Below are positions 61,720-64,000 of a stretch of 64,000 bases of DNA, piece by piece. The DNA comes from Mobula hypostoma. Its lineage: Eukaryota. Each line of letters opens with the position of its first letter. Within the stretch, counting starts at the first letter, position 1. The notes under the pieces were generated by a model. That model worked only from the letters and a program-made list of their open reading frames with translations, was not told the origin of the DNA and made no database searches. Both the position numbers and the translations under genes were made by a program. The stretch lies in the NCBI RefSeq assembly GCF_963921235.1, contig NC_086097.1, forward strand, positions 252,094,001 through 252,158,000, read 5' to 3'.

Positions 61720-62300
61720 TGATATCCACTTTGTTGAGCACCTTTGCTCTGTCCACAAAAGAGAGGATTTCCCAGTGGCCATTTTAATTCCAATCCCATT
61801 CCCACGCTGACATATCGGTCAGACCACGGCCTCCTCTTCAACCATGATGAAGCCACACTCAGGCAGGAGGAGAAACACCTCATATTCCATCAGGGTAGCC
61901 TCCAACCTGCTGGCTTGAACACTGATTTCTCCAATTTCCAGTAATTTCTATCTCCTCTTTTTACTTTCCCTATTCTGGCTTCTCTCTCAGCGCTTCTCTT
62001 CTCTTCACCTGCGGCCCACCCCAACCCCGGTGTGCCCACTTTCCTCTGCTGTCAGATTCCTCTTTTTTCAGCTCTTTACCACCCATCACTTCCCTGCTTG
62101 CCCAGTCTGGTATGGATCGGAAAAAGGCTGCTGAAGGTTTCAAACACTGGCAGCTCCATCATGAACACTAACCTGGCCTGCTGAATTCCTCCAGCATTTT
62201 GGGTCTGTTGCTCTTCATTTCCACCCTCTGCAGAATCTCTGGTGTTTATCCAATGCTAATGATCCTCTGCAGAATCTCTGGTGTTTATGCAATGCTAATG
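61720..62300 (+). mobile_element. Penelope-like fragment in the TP53INP1 intron
   Basis: HFVEHLCSVH...FPVA.HFNS and EEKHLIF..GSLQP.GLN.DFSNF relics, homologous to ~5970..6170. Confidence 0.7.
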
Positions 62301-62507
62301 GTTTCTCTTTCCACAAAAACTGTCTTTCCTGCTGATTTCCCCCCTGCATTCATGATCATTATTTCAAAATCCTACATGAACTGTTCATTTTTGAATTTTA
62401 ATGAGACGGTGTTGTGATGAAAGATAAATTGTCTGACACATTCATTCGGTGGTCATAGTTGGGGGAGGAATGTGAGAGGGAAACAGGGCAGTCGAAGAAA
62501 GCCATGC

Positions 62508-64000
62508 AGTCACAGGGAGAAGATACAAATCTCCTTACAGAGTCACAGGGAGAAGATACAAATCTCCTTACAGAGAGTCACGGGGAGAAGATACAAATCT
62601 CCTTACGGAGTCACGGGGAGAAGATACAAATCTCCTTACGGAGTCACGGGGAGAAGATACAAATCTCCTTACGGAGTCACGGGGAGAAGATACAAATCTC
62701 CTTACGGAGAGTCACGGGGAGAAGATACAAATCTCCTTACGGAGAGTCACGGGGAGAAGATACAAATCTCCTTACGGAGAGTCACGGGGAGAAGATACAA
62801 ATCTCCTTACGGAGAGTCACGGGGAGAAGATACAAATCTCCTTACGGAGTCACGGGGACAAGATACAAATCTCCTCACGGAGAGTCACGGGGAGAAGATA
62901 CAAATCTCCTCACGGAGTCACGGGGAGAAGATACAAATCTCCTCACGGAGTCACGGGGAGAAGATACAAATCTCCTCACGGAGTCACGGGGAGAAGATAC
63001 AAATCTCCTTACGGAGAGTCACGGGGAGAAGATACAAATCTCCTCACGGAGTCACGGGGAGAAGATACAAATCTCCTTACGGAGAGTCACGGGGAGAAGA
63101 TACAAATCTCCTCACGGAGTCACGGGGAGAAGATACAAATCTCCTCACGGAGTCACGGGGAGAAGATACAAATCTCCTCACGGAGTCACGGGGAGAAGAT
63201 ACAAATCTCCTCACAGAGTCACGGGGAGAAGATACAAATCTCCTCACGGAGTCACGGGGAGAAGATACAAATCTCCTCACGGAGTCACGGGGAGAAGATA
63301 CAAATCTCCTCACGGAGTCACGGGGAGAAGATACAAATCTCCTCACGGAGTCACGGGGAGAAGATACAAATCTCCTCACGGAGTCACGGGGAGAAGATAC
63401 AAATCTCCTCACGGAGTCACGGGGAGAAGATACAAATCTCCTCACGGAGTCACGGGGAGAAGATACAAATCTCCTCACGGAGTCACGGGGAGAAGATACA
63501 AATCTCCTCACGGAATCACGGGGAGAAGATACAAATCTCCTCACGGAGTCACGGGGAGAAGATACAAATCTCCTCACGGAGTCACGGGGAGAAGATACAA
63601 ATCTCCTCACGGAGTCACGGGGAGAAGATACAAATCTCCTCACAGAGTCACGGGGAGAAGATACAAATCTCCTTACAGAGAGTCACGGGGAGAAGATACA
63701 AATCTCCTTATGGAGTCACAGGGAGAAGATACAAATCTCCTTACGGAGAGTCACGGGGAGAAGGTACAAATCTCCTTACAGAGTCACGGGGAGAAGATAC
63801 AAATCTCCTTACGGAGAGTCACGGGGAGAAGATACAAATCTCCTCACAGAGTCACGGGGAGAAGATACAAATCTCCTTACAGAGAGTCACGGGGAGAAGA
63901 TACAAATCTCCTTACGGAGTCACAGGGAGAAGATACAAATCTCCTTACAGAGTCACGGGGAGAAGATACAAATCTCCTTACGGAGAGTCACGGGGAGAAG
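62508..64000. repeat. Minisatellite, 33/35-bp unit GAGTCACGGGGAGAAGATACAAATCTCCTYACG(GA), about 44 copies, continuing past the window end
   Basis: Head-to-tail repeats without spacers, directly visible. Confidence 0.98.

Noticed and set aside
63077..63643. 188-aa repetitive ORF (RRFVSSPRDSV)n
   Set aside because: By-product of a stop-free 33-bp unit; non-ATG start; frame broken by 35-bp units.
62508..64000. CRISPR-like array
   Set aside because: Units are contiguous with no unique spacers, the context is a vertebrate intron, and the unit derives from a SINE.

Overview
Eukaryotic, repeat-rich vertebrate DNA. The CR1, V-SINE-like and Penelope-like repeats suggest a cartilaginous fish (inference). 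Three host genes lie in the same order as the human INTS8-CCNE2-TP53INP1 block: the last two coding exons of INTS8 (+), a complete 11-coding-exon CCNE2 (-, 402 aa, every junction checked by hand as GT-AG and in phase), and the last coding exon of TP53INP1 (-). Most of the rest is transposon-derived: at least three CR1 LINE families, Rex1/L2-like LINE ends, tRNA-derived SINEs, Penelope-like fragments, and Tigger, hAT and Tc1 relics. A 33/35-bp minisatellite at the right end derives from a SINE. The most notable unannotated signal is self-cleaving ribozyme motifs on short retroelements. These are minimal hammerheads in many Penelope-like ends (two of them inside a TSD-flanked ~830-bp palindromic insertion), a twister-like motif at the start of a ~265-bp element, and weaker HDV-like pseudoknots in two other repeat families. 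All identifications are by eye and from recalled family knowledge. No searches or folding were run, and repeat boundaries are approximate.
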